A stretch of DNA of 64,000 nt from a virus. The DNA lies in the IMG/VR virus record IMGVR_UViG_3300029989_000005; one strand, given 5' to 3'. Below, in pieces: positions 48,817-59,276 of the stretch (positions within the stretch are counted from its first letter, which is position 1; each line of letters starts with the position of its first letter). The position numbers and the translations under genes are program-made. The notes under the pieces are model-generated. The model worked only from the letters and a program-made list of their open reading frames with translations, did not search any database and was not told where the DNA came from.

Positions 48817-51800
48817 ATGATCACCAAAGTTAAAAAAATAGTTGATAATAGCACTACAGAGGTTAAAGCGAATTTTAAAAAATTTGTAAACGAAAACCAC
48901 AAAATTTTGAATTCCAAAGACTCAAAAGCTATTAATGAAAAATTGAATGGATTTTTATCAGACAATCATATAGCTCATAATAATTTTGAATTCGTAACCT
49001 TAAAAAATATAGTTAGCAAAAAAAGCGAAATATTTGCTGTACTTGAAAATTATCGTAAGGAAAACAACCGATTGTTTGTTGAGGCTAGAAAAGTTTTTGA
49101 AAATGGTAAAGGTAAGCTTTCGTGTCAAAAAATCAACGAGGAATTTTCAGCACTTGAGCAAAAATATTATCACTTGTCAAGGAAAATAAACGAAAGTTCT
49201 GACTTGGATTTAAATATTGGAACTTTCGACTTAAGTTCCACACAGGAACTTTATGATAACTTTGACTCAAATTTTGTTGAAAAAAATAAGGATAAATTTG
49301 ATGAAGTCCGTTTAAATGATTTCTTTTATAATGGCGGAACAATTGATTTGACTATTTCAAAAGATTCAGATACAATATCAGGATATGGTGTGTATATAGA
49401 ATTAAATTCTCCTGATGGAAAAGATGGTATTGATAAAGATTTACAAAACAATCTTAATGATTTAGCTGTAAAATATTTTGAATCTGGTATTGTTGATTAT
49501 GTGGCTGAAAGTGTAAATGAAAGTAATGATTTTGATATTTTTGCACAAGCTAAAGCACATATGTTGCCCGAAGAAATCGACCATCATGAAACTGATTTAT
49601 ATCTAAAATGTAATAATATTTCATATAATTTGGTTGATAGATACGAGTTTAATAAGGATGTTAAAAGATTTAAATCTGATATTGATGGTGAATTTTGGTA
49701 TGACATATCATTTGCTTGGTACAATGATTCTGTAAATGAATCAGATAATTCATTAATTGATAAAATAAAGGGTCAATTTCCTGAACTTTCAGATGAACTT
49801 ATTACCAAAGTGGGTGCTGAACTACAAAACGCTGATAAAAAGGCGGGTGTTATTGATAGGGTTTCAACTTGGATAGCTAAAGAGCTTGGTTATATTGGTG
49901 AAGATGATTCAATGATCGATGAACAGGGTTATAAGGATATTATAAGCAAAACTTTTGAAATCTATAAATCGGTTGAATCAATAAATGAGGATTCTAACGA
50001 TTATGAAGCAAAATTACAAGAACTTACAAGTTATGGTAATGGTTTGGAAGAATCTTATAAACACACTATTGATGGCGTTGAAGACAATAAAGGTGTTGAA
50101 GGAAATTATCACAAAGTTTATGGTAATGATAAAACCTTGAAAGATTCTAATCTTAGAATCAAGTCAATGTCTATAGTACTTGATAAAAATACAAGTAAAT
50201 TCTTAGTTGATGAAGGTAGCGTGCATTCAGCGATAACTTCTCAAGAGTTTAATGAGTACAGAAATGAACTCAGAGGTTTAAAAGATAAACAGTTTAATAC
50301 AGTTGCTGAGGCTGTTGCTGCTGCCGATGAATTTGCAAATAAATGGAATTCAACATTTATGAAAGACAATGCTGTTAATGAGGATACAAATTCTGAATCT
50401 TATACCGCTGCAACAGAACTTGCTAGGACAAAAATAAATGATTGGGATGGTAAAGGTGTCTTGAAATTTGACCTTGATGCACCTGTTGGTGGTGAGGGCA
50501 AACAATTATTTTTAAAAACTGCAGGTCGTGATACTAATGAAAAATTTGGTACAGTATTTCAGGTTGAGCTTGATGAAAAATCAGTAAAAATTACAAATCT
50601 TGATAATGTTGACAAAAAAGGAAAAATTAATGAATGTGCTGTTGGTGATTCATTTAAAGCACAAGCTTTGTCAGGTGTAATGAATGGAACAGGAACTATA
50701 CTTAAAGAAGATGGTGATGATTTTACCATCGGATTCAAAAATGGAACTAGTAAAGCAACTGATGATTATGATAAAACAATAACTATTAAAAAGGATAAAC
50801 TTAAACAGTATCTCAAATTAGATTCAGTCAACGAGGGTAATGATAATAATTCTCGTGGAACTATGGAAAATGCAGAAAACGGAAATTTTATTGTCAAAGA
50901 TACAACAAAACCTATTGATGATCAAATTGTTTATGATGGTAATGACTTGGTTACGGCAAAAAGTATGTTAAATGCTTTGAATAATCCAAATGCTGTAAAT
51001 GAAGATGATAATACTGAGTATAACGGTGTAACAATCCATAGTAAAGTTGATACAAGTGGTGGACAGGAAACAAAAGTTTATAAAGCACCATCTATAAATG
51101 ATACATGGTATTGGGACTTAGACAAATTAAAATCTTTGATTGATAGCTCAAAACCAATTAATGAAAATGTTGGTGATAATTACTTATCAGAATATACTCA
51201 AAAGGATGATAAATTCAAATATCAGTTACTTGGAAGAATGCAATCAGATTGTGAATATTACTTAGGTAATGGTGGTAAGAGTAGTAAACATTTGTTTATG
51301 GATGATGAAGCCAAGCAAATAGAACTTATGAAAGCATTATGGGATTCATTTACTGAAAAACCTGAATGGATTTCAATGGAAGAAATTGATGATTATGCCA
51401 ATCAAATGGGTGTTGACCCTACTAAATCAGTAAATGAGGACTTTGGAGATAATGTGGCAAATCAAATATCAAAATCTAAAGAATTTAGCCATGAATATAC
51501 ACAAGTTGATAATTCAATTGTGTTAAAATTACAGTCAAGCGGTGGTAATAATTTTAACACAATTGATACTGAAAATTTGGTATTGGTTTATGTTGGGAAA
51601 GATAATCATATTGCAACTCTAAAACGCAATGCCGATAGTACTTTTAATCTTATGACAGATTTATCAATAGATGAATTTAAAAAGATCATTGGTCTTAAAG
51701 GTAAAGTAAATGAAAGTGATCAAGATGATAAGATTTATAAAGTTCAGGCTATTATTGTTAGAGGTGGATATGATTTGCCTCAAGAAATTTTTGATGAATA

Positions 51801-51954
51801 CATGGATATTGATTATGTAAACAGTTTTATCAAAGGTTATACTGAAACAGAGGATGAATCTGATGCAGATACTTTTGAGGATAATATACAAAAATTTATT
51901 GATGCAGAGGTTAAAGAAATATTCCCAAAGAACATAATTTTACAATACATGTAA
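48817..51954 (+). CDS. large acidic multidomain protein (probable internal head polyprotein) with LPD11-like domain
   Basis: 14 (I/V)NE motifs between modules; YQLLGRMQSDCEYYLGNG...KPEWISMEEI resembles LPD11. Confidence 0.6.
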   Translation: MITKVKKIVDNSTTEVKANFKKFVNENHKILNSKDSKAINEKLNGFLSDNHIAHNNFEFVTLKNIVSKKSEIFAVLENYRKENNRLFVEARKVFENGKGKLSCQKINEEFSALEQKYYHLSRKINESSDLDLNIGTFDLSSTQELYDNFDSNFVEKNKDKFDEVRLNDFFYNGGTIDLTISKDSDTISGYGVYIELNSPDGKDGIDKDLQNNLNDLAVKYFESGIVDYVAESVNESNDFDIFAQAKAHMLPEEIDHHETDLYLKCNNISYNLVDRYEFNKDVKRFKSDIDGEFWYDISFAWYNDSVNESDNSLIDKIKGQFPELSDELITKVGAELQNADKKAGVIDRVSTWIAKELGYIGEDDSMIDEQGYKDIISKTFEIYKSVESINEDSNDYEAKLQELTSYGNGLEESYKHTIDGVEDNKGVEGNYHKVYGNDKTLKDSNLRIKSMSIVLDKNTSKFLVDEGSVHSAITSQEFNEYRNELRGLKDKQFNTVAEAVAAADEFANKWNSTFMKDNAVNEDTNSESYTAATELARTKINDWDGKGVLKFDLDAPVGGEGKQLFLKTAGRDTNEKFGTVFQVELDEKSVKITNLDNVDKKGKINECAVGDSFKAQALSGVMNGTGTILKEDGDDFTIGFKNGTSKATDDYDKTITIKKDKLKQYLKLDSVNEGNDNNSRGTMENAENGNFIVKDTTKPIDDQIVYDGNDLVTAKSMLNALNNPNAVNEDDNTEYNGVTIHSKVDTSGGQETKVYKAPSINDTWYWDLDKLKSLIDSSKPINENVGDNYLSEYTQKDDKFKYQLLGRMQSDCEYYLGNGGKSSKHLFMDDEAKQIELMKALWDSFTEKPEWISMEEIDDYANQMGVDPTKSVNEDFGDNVANQISKSKEFSHEYTQVDNSIVLKLQSSGGNNFNTIDTENLVLVYVGKDNHIATLKRNADSTFNLMTDLSIDEFKKIIGLKGKVNESDQDDKIYKVQAIIVRGGYDLPQEIFDEYMDIDYVNSFIKGYTETEDESDADTFEDNIQKFIDAEVKEIFPKNIILQYM

Positions 51955-51996
51955 ACTAAAAATTTTCTCGTGCTCCTTCTTTCTTCTTTTCTCCCC

Positions 51997-52029
51997 GCAG
52001 CCAACATGTCGTGATGATACGTTGGCTGC
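51997..52029. terminator. GC-rich hairpin after the polyprotein gene
   Basis: GCAGCCAAC...GTTGGCTGC, preceded by a pyrimidine tract. Confidence 0.5.
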
Positions 52030-52205
52030 CTTGTATTTATAAAATAATGTCAAATATACATGCATGATGTTAAATAATGTTAAAATTTTGGTTTTCCTGT
52101 TAAGTTTTGTTAATAAATACACGAATTGACATATATAATAATAAACTTGGCACGATTTTTGTGGGAATTAATATATGATTTAATAATTTTAAAATATAGA
52201 AAATT

Positions 52206-52418
52206 ATGATTAAACACCAAGATTTATCAGACACAGCATTGGAATTACTTAGAAAAACTAATGTTGGAGATGAAGCACCATCAGATATGATAGATTATTT
52301 ATATAATGCTGATTTTGATAGAAAAGATATTGAGGAATTTGTTTGCACTAATTATCCAAATTCAAAAAATTACTTAATTAAATATTTGAAAAACTTACAC
52401 AAATATAAATCATTATGA
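52206..52418 (+). CDS. hypothetical protein
   Basis: ATGA overlap with the ligase. Confidence 0.55.
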   Translation: MIKHQDLSDTALELLRKTNVGDEAPSDMIDYLYNADFDRKDIEEFVCTNYPNSKNYLIKYLKNLHKYKSL

Positions 52419-54514
52419 TAACAATAGGAGATAAACAATTTGAAAATTTATCAAGTCTTAAGAATGAATTAATTCGTCTAAACAATCTATATCGGATGGG
52501 TTTGCCTGAAATTTCTGATAAAGTATTTGATGAACTTTACTATAAATATGTAGAAATTACAGGTCAACACATAAATTCCATAGATGGTAAGGTACAATAC
52601 CTTAAGTTAAATGGTGAAAAAGTAGAAAATCTTTTGCCAATGACAGGCATTAATAAAATTACCACAATGGATGATTTTATGAAATGGATTGTCAAAAACA
52701 ATCTACTTGGGAAAAAATTAATAGCAACACCAAAATATGACGGGGTGTCGGGGATTCTTAATAATAACCAAAAAGATACAATTGAGCAAGGTCATAGAAT
52801 AGTAACCATTAAAGGGAAGGATAACGAGGCTTATCCTGTACACAATCATTTTACCCATATTAACAAAAATATCATTTCCGATTCAGCTGTGTTTGATGAA
52901 TTTTATCATATTGGTGAATTTATAATGCCAAACGACATATTCAAGCCAAAATATTCTGATGTATATAAAAATGTAAGGAATATGGTTGCGGGTAAATTAA
53001 ACCCACTTTCTGAATCAACTGAATCGCTTAAAGATATTTACTATGTTAGGTATGGTGTTTATGATAAATCACTTAAAGAACAAAATAAGACACATATACT
53101 TGATTATTTAAATTCACAATTTAACCATATTTATAAAGTTCCTTATATCGAGATTATTATCTCTGAAAATTATGATAAGCAAGTTCTTGAGGATAGGTTT
53201 TATGAACTTTATAAGCAATGGTCTGAAATTTTCGTAATTGATGGACTGGTAATTGATATAGATGATGCCGAAATAAGAAATCAGCTTGGATATGATACTA
53301 AAGGTAATCCTAAATTTACTGTTGCCTATAAGAATGAGGATACATTCGGTGACAGAGCAACAGTAAAAATACGTTCAATACAATTTCCTATTGATAAAGA
53401 TGGACAATTTAACCCATGCATAAGTACAGATTTGGTTATGCTTGATGGTGCTGAATGTGGTAAGAATATCTTTGTTGATACCATTGATTTCATTCGTAAA
53501 AGCAAAATCTCTGTTGGTGCTGATATTATTATTAAAAGAGGTGGTCAAATAATACCGAGGGTTTATAAAGTCCTTACATATCAGAGCAATGAGGTATTTG
53601 ATTCTTATGAATCTATGCTTATAGCGGATATATTACCTAGTAAATGTCCTTATTGTGATACACACATAAATTATAATGAAAATGAGGTTACAATGAGATG
53701 TAGCAACGAAAATTGTCCTGAAATATTCCACAAACGTGTTGAATTCTTTTTTACCCAAATTAAAGCTAAAAATATTGGGGAAAAATTAATAAGGCAATTT
53801 CAAGTTGAAATTTATAAATACAGCCAATATTACCTTGATTTTATCACCACCATACTTCGCACACCTGAATCTGAATTCAATAAGTTTGAAAATTTCGGTG
53901 AAAGGAAAGCAGAAATTACATATTCATCAATTCACAATGCATTCAATAATGCATCTTTGGCATTACTTATGTCGGCAACCAACTTATTTCCAAATCTTGC
54001 CGAAACTAAAATATCTTGGGTACTTGAGAAATATGGCATCACGTTCAACAATATTGAGAAATTGAGAAATTTAACACTTGATGAAATTAAAAACGTTGGT
54101 GGATATGCTGAAAAAACAGCTTTAATCTTTGTCAAAGGTATTATTCCTTTTGTTTTATGGTATGCGAATATTTATGACATTAATGAATCAAAGGAAGATA
54201 CCTCGTCTGAAACAGGGGATATATCTGATGAACTAATGGGTCAAAAATTCTGTTTTACGGGTTTTAGAAGTGTAGAAGCTGAAAAATTAATAGTTTCAAG
54301 AGGTGGCAAAATAAAGAATTCATTTTCGCTTGATATAACTACATTAGTTGTTAAAGATAAATTGGTTATTACAACAAAAGTAACTAAATCCGAAAAAGCG
54401 GGAATAAAAATAATAGATGAACAGGAACTCAACACAATGTTGGGGATTACAGCTACTGAACCTACTGCAGAAAATATAATTAATACAGAAAACGATAAAA
54501 CATCTTTGTTCTAA
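52415..54514 (+). CDS. ligA: NAD+-dependent DNA ligase
   Basis: ISDKVFD, TPKYDG, RNMVAG, IDGLV, VAYK, RGGQIIP, C4 zinc finger, C-terminal BRCT (FCFTG). Confidence 0.92.
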   Translation: MITIGDKQFENLSSLKNELIRLNNLYRMGLPEISDKVFDELYYKYVEITGQHINSIDGKVQYLKLNGEKVENLLPMTGINKITTMDDFMKWIVKNNLLGKKLIATPKYDGVSGILNNNQKDTIEQGHRIVTIKGKDNEAYPVHNHFTHINKNIISDSAVFDEFYHIGEFIMPNDIFKPKYSDVYKNVRNMVAGKLNPLSESTESLKDIYYVRYGVYDKSLKEQNKTHILDYLNSQFNHIYKVPYIEIIISENYDKQVLEDRFYELYKQWSEIFVIDGLVIDIDDAEIRNQLGYDTKGNPKFTVAYKNEDTFGDRATVKIRSIQFPIDKDGQFNPCISTDLVMLDGAECGKNIFVDTIDFIRKSKISVGADIIIKRGGQIIPRVYKVLTYQSNEVFDSYESMLIADILPSKCPYCDTHINYNENEVTMRCSNENCPEIFHKRVEFFFTQIKAKNIGEKLIRQFQVEIYKYSQYYLDFITTILRTPESEFNKFENFGERKAEITYSSIHNAFNNASLALLMSATNLFPNLAETKISWVLEKYGITFNNIEKLRNLTLDEIKNVGGYAEKTALIFVKGIIPFVLWYANIYDINESKEDTSSETGDISDELMGQKFCFTGFRSVEAEKLIVSRGGKIKNSFSLDITTLVVKDKLVITTKVTKSEKAGIKIIDEQELNTMLGITATEPTAENIINTENDKTSLF

Positions 54515-54533
54515 GAATCGATTTAAAAGATTA

Positions 54534-54570
54534 AAAGACCGTATACTATAACCAAAAGTATATGGTCTTT
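54534..54570 (+). terminator. hairpin after ligase
   Basis: AAAGACCGTATACT...AGTATATGGTCTTT. Confidence 0.55.
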
Positions 54571-54595
54571 GACTTTTAAATAATCAAAAATAAAT

Positions 54596-57500
54596 ATGCT
54601 TGATAATAAATCATCGCTACTGTTGAGTTCCAATGCTAGGTTAACAGGAAACATAAAACTTGTTGTTGATTCTTCCGATAAATTATTCTTGGAATTAATA
54701 CCCGCAAATCAAACATTGAAATCATCTATCATTAGTAATCCTGTTATAGATAAAGATGGTGAATTTGTTAATGATATATACAACAAATACAAGTCTATAC
54801 CAAATGATATATTTTATAATGTTCAGGAAAATGATGTAAATTCACAAAAAACAAATTTGCTTGAGCAGTTTCATATGCTGTACTCATACGGAACTGATAA
54901 TTGTACATCAAAATTACATACTGAGCAATTAAAGATATTTGCACCATTACTTATAGGGAAAATATTACCTAAATATTTTGTTGTATTCAAAGTTGATGGT
55001 ATTGGTGATGAAAAAATAAATCAAAGTTCACTAATTATAGGTAACAAATATATCATACAGTCTACTACATCGGATGATAATATAATTTCCAACGGAATAA
55101 CCTATAAACATTCAGACATTTTTGTGGCTACATCGGAAAGCTATGTTGTAAGTAAGTCCAAAAATGTCAAGGTACTAAATTACATAGAACCTGTTATTGA
55201 TATCAATCAGGATATATTTTCTTCATACATTAAAAAGTCAAACATTGTAAAGGTATTTGACTTTCAAGGTTCTTCAATTTCAACATATCTATCTAAACTT
55301 ACATCCAATTCAAAATTTTCAGAAGCACCATTAAGGGTTGACTTTAATGATAAAAGGTTGTATTATACAGGAATTTCTAAGGATAAAGGCGAAATAATAA
55401 CTGTAGAAGAAAACTTTGAAAACCTGTTGGAAAAAGAAATGGAGGTTTCAAAATTTGATAGATTTGTAACTGATGGATTTATGCGAAATGGTATATGTTT
55501 GTCAAATCTTATAAATTTTGAATTTTTGTTTGATGATAATACATCTAATGATTATCAATTTAATAGATATTTTGGTCTTTATGTAAATGAATTATCTGAG
55601 GATAATATTAAAATGCCTGTTTTAGAGGAAATGGATATATTACATTATGTAAGAGATGTTTATACCAAAGAACTACATATAATTGATAACGATACCAAAG
55701 AACCAAAGACTGTAATTGATAGTTCACCTGTACTTATAAGCACAATACAATCAAAAAGAGTAAATTCGAATGGAGTTAGTTCAATTTGTTTAGAAGTTAT
55801 AGATAAATTGAAATCTAGTGACGAATTACAAATATTCAAAAATGGTGAATATATAGCAAGCATAATTGGTGATGAACTTGATAATTTATCTCAGGGTGAT
55901 TATTTGTATGAAAATTGGATTAAATATGGTTCTATATACAATTATTACAACCCGATAGGCTCTATTTCTGAGGTTGCTAAAAGAATGTGTAAAACATTAA
56001 ATAACGTTTTAAATAACATTGGTATAAGCAACGTTAAATATTTTTGGAATAGTAATAAGATTTACTTCTATTTAACTTTTTCTCCCGATATTGATTTAGA
56101 GCTTAAATATTCATGTCAATTTGGTGAAAATTCAATATATATAGAGAATTCTCATTTTACAGGAATAGCAAAGTCTAAAAATCATAGGTTCTTAATAAGC
56201 AAATCAGATAAATCTCTGTTTGATAAATCATCTTATATACAAACTATGTCAGGTCAATTATCAAGGATAAAAAATTTTTCAAATTTCCTTGATTTGGATT
56301 TTGTTAATTCATCTGATGATAATGAAATTATAAATTTCCTTGAATTGGATAATTACATATCAGTTACGGTAAGTAATACATCAGATGAAGTTCTGTTTAC
56401 ACAAAAAAATAAGGTGTACTTATATAAAGATAAAATTTTCAAAAGGTGTGCTTTTGATATGTTACCAATAAAATCATTTTTTACTGATTTTGAGGAACAG
56501 TATAAAAATCCACATTTGAATGAATATAACAAATACTTTAATGTTGTTGATGGTCAACTTGTTATTGGAGAAACATATTACCTATTCTCATATAATACAC
56601 TTCCAACTAGCATAAATCATAACGGTATTGTGTATCAAGCCGATACAAGTACATCAGGAATATTTGTTGAATTCACAGCCGAGGAATCACATTTTTCTGT
56701 TGTAGATGGTATTCCAATTATAGTTAATAAGAAATATTATAATGATTCTGAAATTTATAATTTTTCGGGGTTTTATGGTCTTAATAACGATTCAACTAAG
56801 TTTTCATACCAACTCAATGTTTATAAGGATGCTACATCCGTTCCCTATGTTGTTAGGACTCTTACTTTGGCTGATGATGTAATTAATGAATCAACAAATC
56901 AATGGATACCATATGATGTAGTCAATGGTGGTTCGTATGACGATTATTACGTTAAACGTGCACAAAATTTTATACAAACTGTTGTTGTTCAAGAGGATAA
57001 AATAAAGTATATTCTTTCATACGATTATATAAACGAATACAAACGAATGAAAGAAGACGTTAATAAAATATATGAGGATAGCAAATTATTACCTTTTATT
57101 ATAAATAGATGGTCTATGAAAGAAAAGGATGTAAGAGGCGATAATTATAGGCTTAATATATCACCCGCATTTGGTGAAACAAATCAATGTCCTGCAATAG
57201 ATATGTTCGCACCAAATCAGGAATATTTTACAAATGAGTGGTTTTATCTTTCATCATATCCTGAATTAATTTTGCCTGATGATATAAAGAATAACAAATA
57301 CTATTTCGACAAATATTTTGAATCAGAACTACACAAGGTAAATACTGTTGACTATTTCACTAGATATTTCACTGTATATTCCGCCAATATTGATGATGTA
57401 ATGTATGATGTTAATTATCAACAAAGATGGTCGACTTTTAATAAAACATATGATAATCAATATGATGTGTTTTTTAACGGCATAAAATATAGGATTGTTT

Positions 57501-59263
57501 CAGATGGTATTGATTACTCAGATTATAAATTTGCTGTTATATTAAACGTAAAAAAATCTGTTGGTAATGGACTTCTTGACGTTGATATATCCACCAATCA
57601 CACATACAAATCAATATGTATGTGTATAAATATTGAAATCAATGACTACAAAATTATAGATAAGAATGGTAACCAAAGACCCGATTATGTTTATATGTAC
57701 ATGATGCGGTCTTTGGTTTCAGTTGTTGGTAATAATATAATAAATGATCAGACAAACAAAGCTTATGGTCAACCGTTTGACTTATCAACATTACCATACA
57801 ATATATTCATTGATAATGTGGCTGTGACAAAAACATTTGGGTATAAATTAAGGTCTATTTTTAACTTTGATGAACAAGAATTAGCTTTGAAATTAAAAAC
57901 AGACCCACTGTACCTTAGAAACATCTTACAGTCAACACAAGACTTATCAATATTAATAGATGAAAGTAAACAATATATAGCACCAATAGCAAGATCAGTA
58001 CTTGAGAATATGATGACTATGAATGATATACACATAAACAATTTGGAATATATAATAACAAGGTTAGAGGATTATAAATATCAGCTATCAGAATTTGTTA
58101 ATTCATATGCCAAGGGTACAGGTGTGGTGTTTGGAATGGATAATCAATATATTACAGATTTGGCTTATATCTTGATTATAGGCGGTGGTCAGGACATTTA
58201 TTTAAAATTACAGCAACTGTTAACAGCATCATCGTTTTTTAGATTAATACAAGAAAATAAAAGCTATATCAATAATTCGGTAATTAATGACGGAAATAAG
58301 CTGCTTATGATTCAACATACAAAGCTTAACTTACCTGTAACTTACAATACCAAATCTAACAAATTAGAGCAAAATAAATATGATTTTGTAAGGTTATCGG
58401 GTGAATATTACCCCGAAACTTTTGATGTTATAAATTTCAAAACAAAAATAGCTAGCGAAACTATAGAGGAATCAAAATTAAAATTGGATTCCAAGATTAT
58501 TCTTGAGCCAACGGTTTATTCTAATGATATTAGCAGGATTGGTAATTCACAAACTTTGCTAGAATCCAACCTTGAAATCGACAAATACCTTCCTTATGTT
58601 CTGTATGGATACAATATCAAAAATAATCAAAAATATGAGTTAAACAATTCCATAGACAGATTCAAAATAGACATATTCAAAAATATATTTGATAACCAAT
58701 ATACACTTTACGACAACCAATATACATCCAAATTTGTTAATATTTCAAGTTCACAGGAATTTGATTTTTTAAAAACGTTTTTAAATTCTGTAAATATAAA
58801 ATTGCCGTTTAATATATTTTCTTCATCATTTAAAAGTGTTTCATCACAGACAAATTTAATAGATAAATCGGCATTGTACTATACCAAAGATTCAGCTAAT
58901 AATCAATTAAACATACGTATAAATTACAAAATGTTGTTAAAAGATATAATGTATGACACAATTAAAGACCAAATATTCAAATATTCAATAATAAATTCAG
59001 ACTTTGAAAAATTTATTGGATTGATTATTGATAAAATATTTAAATTATATTCTATAAATTTGATAAAAATTTACACAAGGAATGATAGTTTAAGCAATGT
59101 AAATATAAGTCAAGTAACTGAATCATACTTAACTAAAACAAATTACAAACAAATTACAGATTATTCTGTAAAAACAGACTTCGGAAATGGATATTCGGAA
59201 ATAATACTAAATAAATACACAGACCAATCATTGAGTTTGGTGTATAGTTTAACATTATTATAA
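54596..59263 (+). CDS. large virion structural protein (baseplate/tail)
   Basis: 1555 aa; TAAATAA at 54577; NARLTGNIKLVVDS...FAPLLIG..LPKYFVVF...INFEFLFDD. Confidence 0.55.
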   Translation: MLDNKSSLLLSSNARLTGNIKLVVDSSDKLFLELIPANQTLKSSIISNPVIDKDGEFVNDIYNKYKSIPNDIFYNVQENDVNSQKTNLLEQFHMLYSYGTDNCTSKLHTEQLKIFAPLLIGKILPKYFVVFKVDGIGDEKINQSSLIIGNKYIIQSTTSDDNIISNGITYKHSDIFVATSESYVVSKSKNVKVLNYIEPVIDINQDIFSSYIKKSNIVKVFDFQGSSISTYLSKLTSNSKFSEAPLRVDFNDKRLYYTGISKDKGEIITVEENFENLLEKEMEVSKFDRFVTDGFMRNGICLSNLINFEFLFDDNTSNDYQFNRYFGLYVNELSEDNIKMPVLEEMDILHYVRDVYTKELHIIDNDTKEPKTVIDSSPVLISTIQSKRVNSNGVSSICLEVIDKLKSSDELQIFKNGEYIASIIGDELDNLSQGDYLYENWIKYGSIYNYYNPIGSISEVAKRMCKTLNNVLNNIGISNVKYFWNSNKIYFYLTFSPDIDLELKYSCQFGENSIYIENSHFTGIAKSKNHRFLISKSDKSLFDKSSYIQTMSGQLSRIKNFSNFLDLDFVNSSDDNEIINFLELDNYISVTVSNTSDEVLFTQKNKVYLYKDKIFKRCAFDMLPIKSFFTDFEEQYKNPHLNEYNKYFNVVDGQLVIGETYYLFSYNTLPTSINHNGIVYQADTSTSGIFVEFTAEESHFSVVDGIPIIVNKKYYNDSEIYNFSGFYGLNNDSTKFSYQLNVYKDATSVPYVVRTLTLADDVINESTNQWIPYDVVNGGSYDDYYVKRAQNFIQTVVVQEDKIKYILSYDYINEYKRMKEDVNKIYEDSKLLPFIINRWSMKEKDVRGDNYRLNISPAFGETNQCPAIDMFAPNQEYFTNEWFYLSSYPELILPDDIKNNKYYFDKYFESELHKVNTVDYFTRYFTVYSANIDDVMYDVNYQQRWSTFNKTYDNQYDVFFNGIKYRIVSDGIDYSDYKFAVILNVKKSVGNGLLDVDISTNHTYKSICMCINIEINDYKIIDKNGNQRPDYVYMYMMRSLVSVVGNNIINDQTNKAYGQPFDLSTLPYNIFIDNVAVTKTFGYKLRSIFNFDEQELALKLKTDPLYLRNILQSTQDLSILIDESKQYIAPIARSVLENMMTMNDIHINNLEYIITRLEDYKYQLSEFVNSYAKGTGVVFGMDNQYITDLAYILIIGGGQDIYLKLQQLLTASSFFRLIQENKSYINNSVINDGNKLLMIQHTKLNLPVTYNTKSNKLEQNKYDFVRLSGEYYPETFDVINFKTKIASETIEESKLKLDSKIILEPTVYSNDISRIGNSQTLLESNLEIDKYLPYVLYGYNIKNNQKYELNNSIDRFKIDIFKNIFDNQYTLYDNQYTSKFVNISSSQEFDFLKTFLNSVNIKLPFNIFSSSFKSVSSQTNLIDKSALYYTKDSANNQLNIRINYKMLLKDIMYDTIKDQIFKYSIINSDFEKFIGLIIDKIFKLYSINLIKIYTRNDSLSNVNISQVTESYLTKTNYKQITDYSVKTDFGNGYSEIILNKYTDQSLSLVYSLTLL

Positions 59264-59276
59264 ATTAATTATTAAT

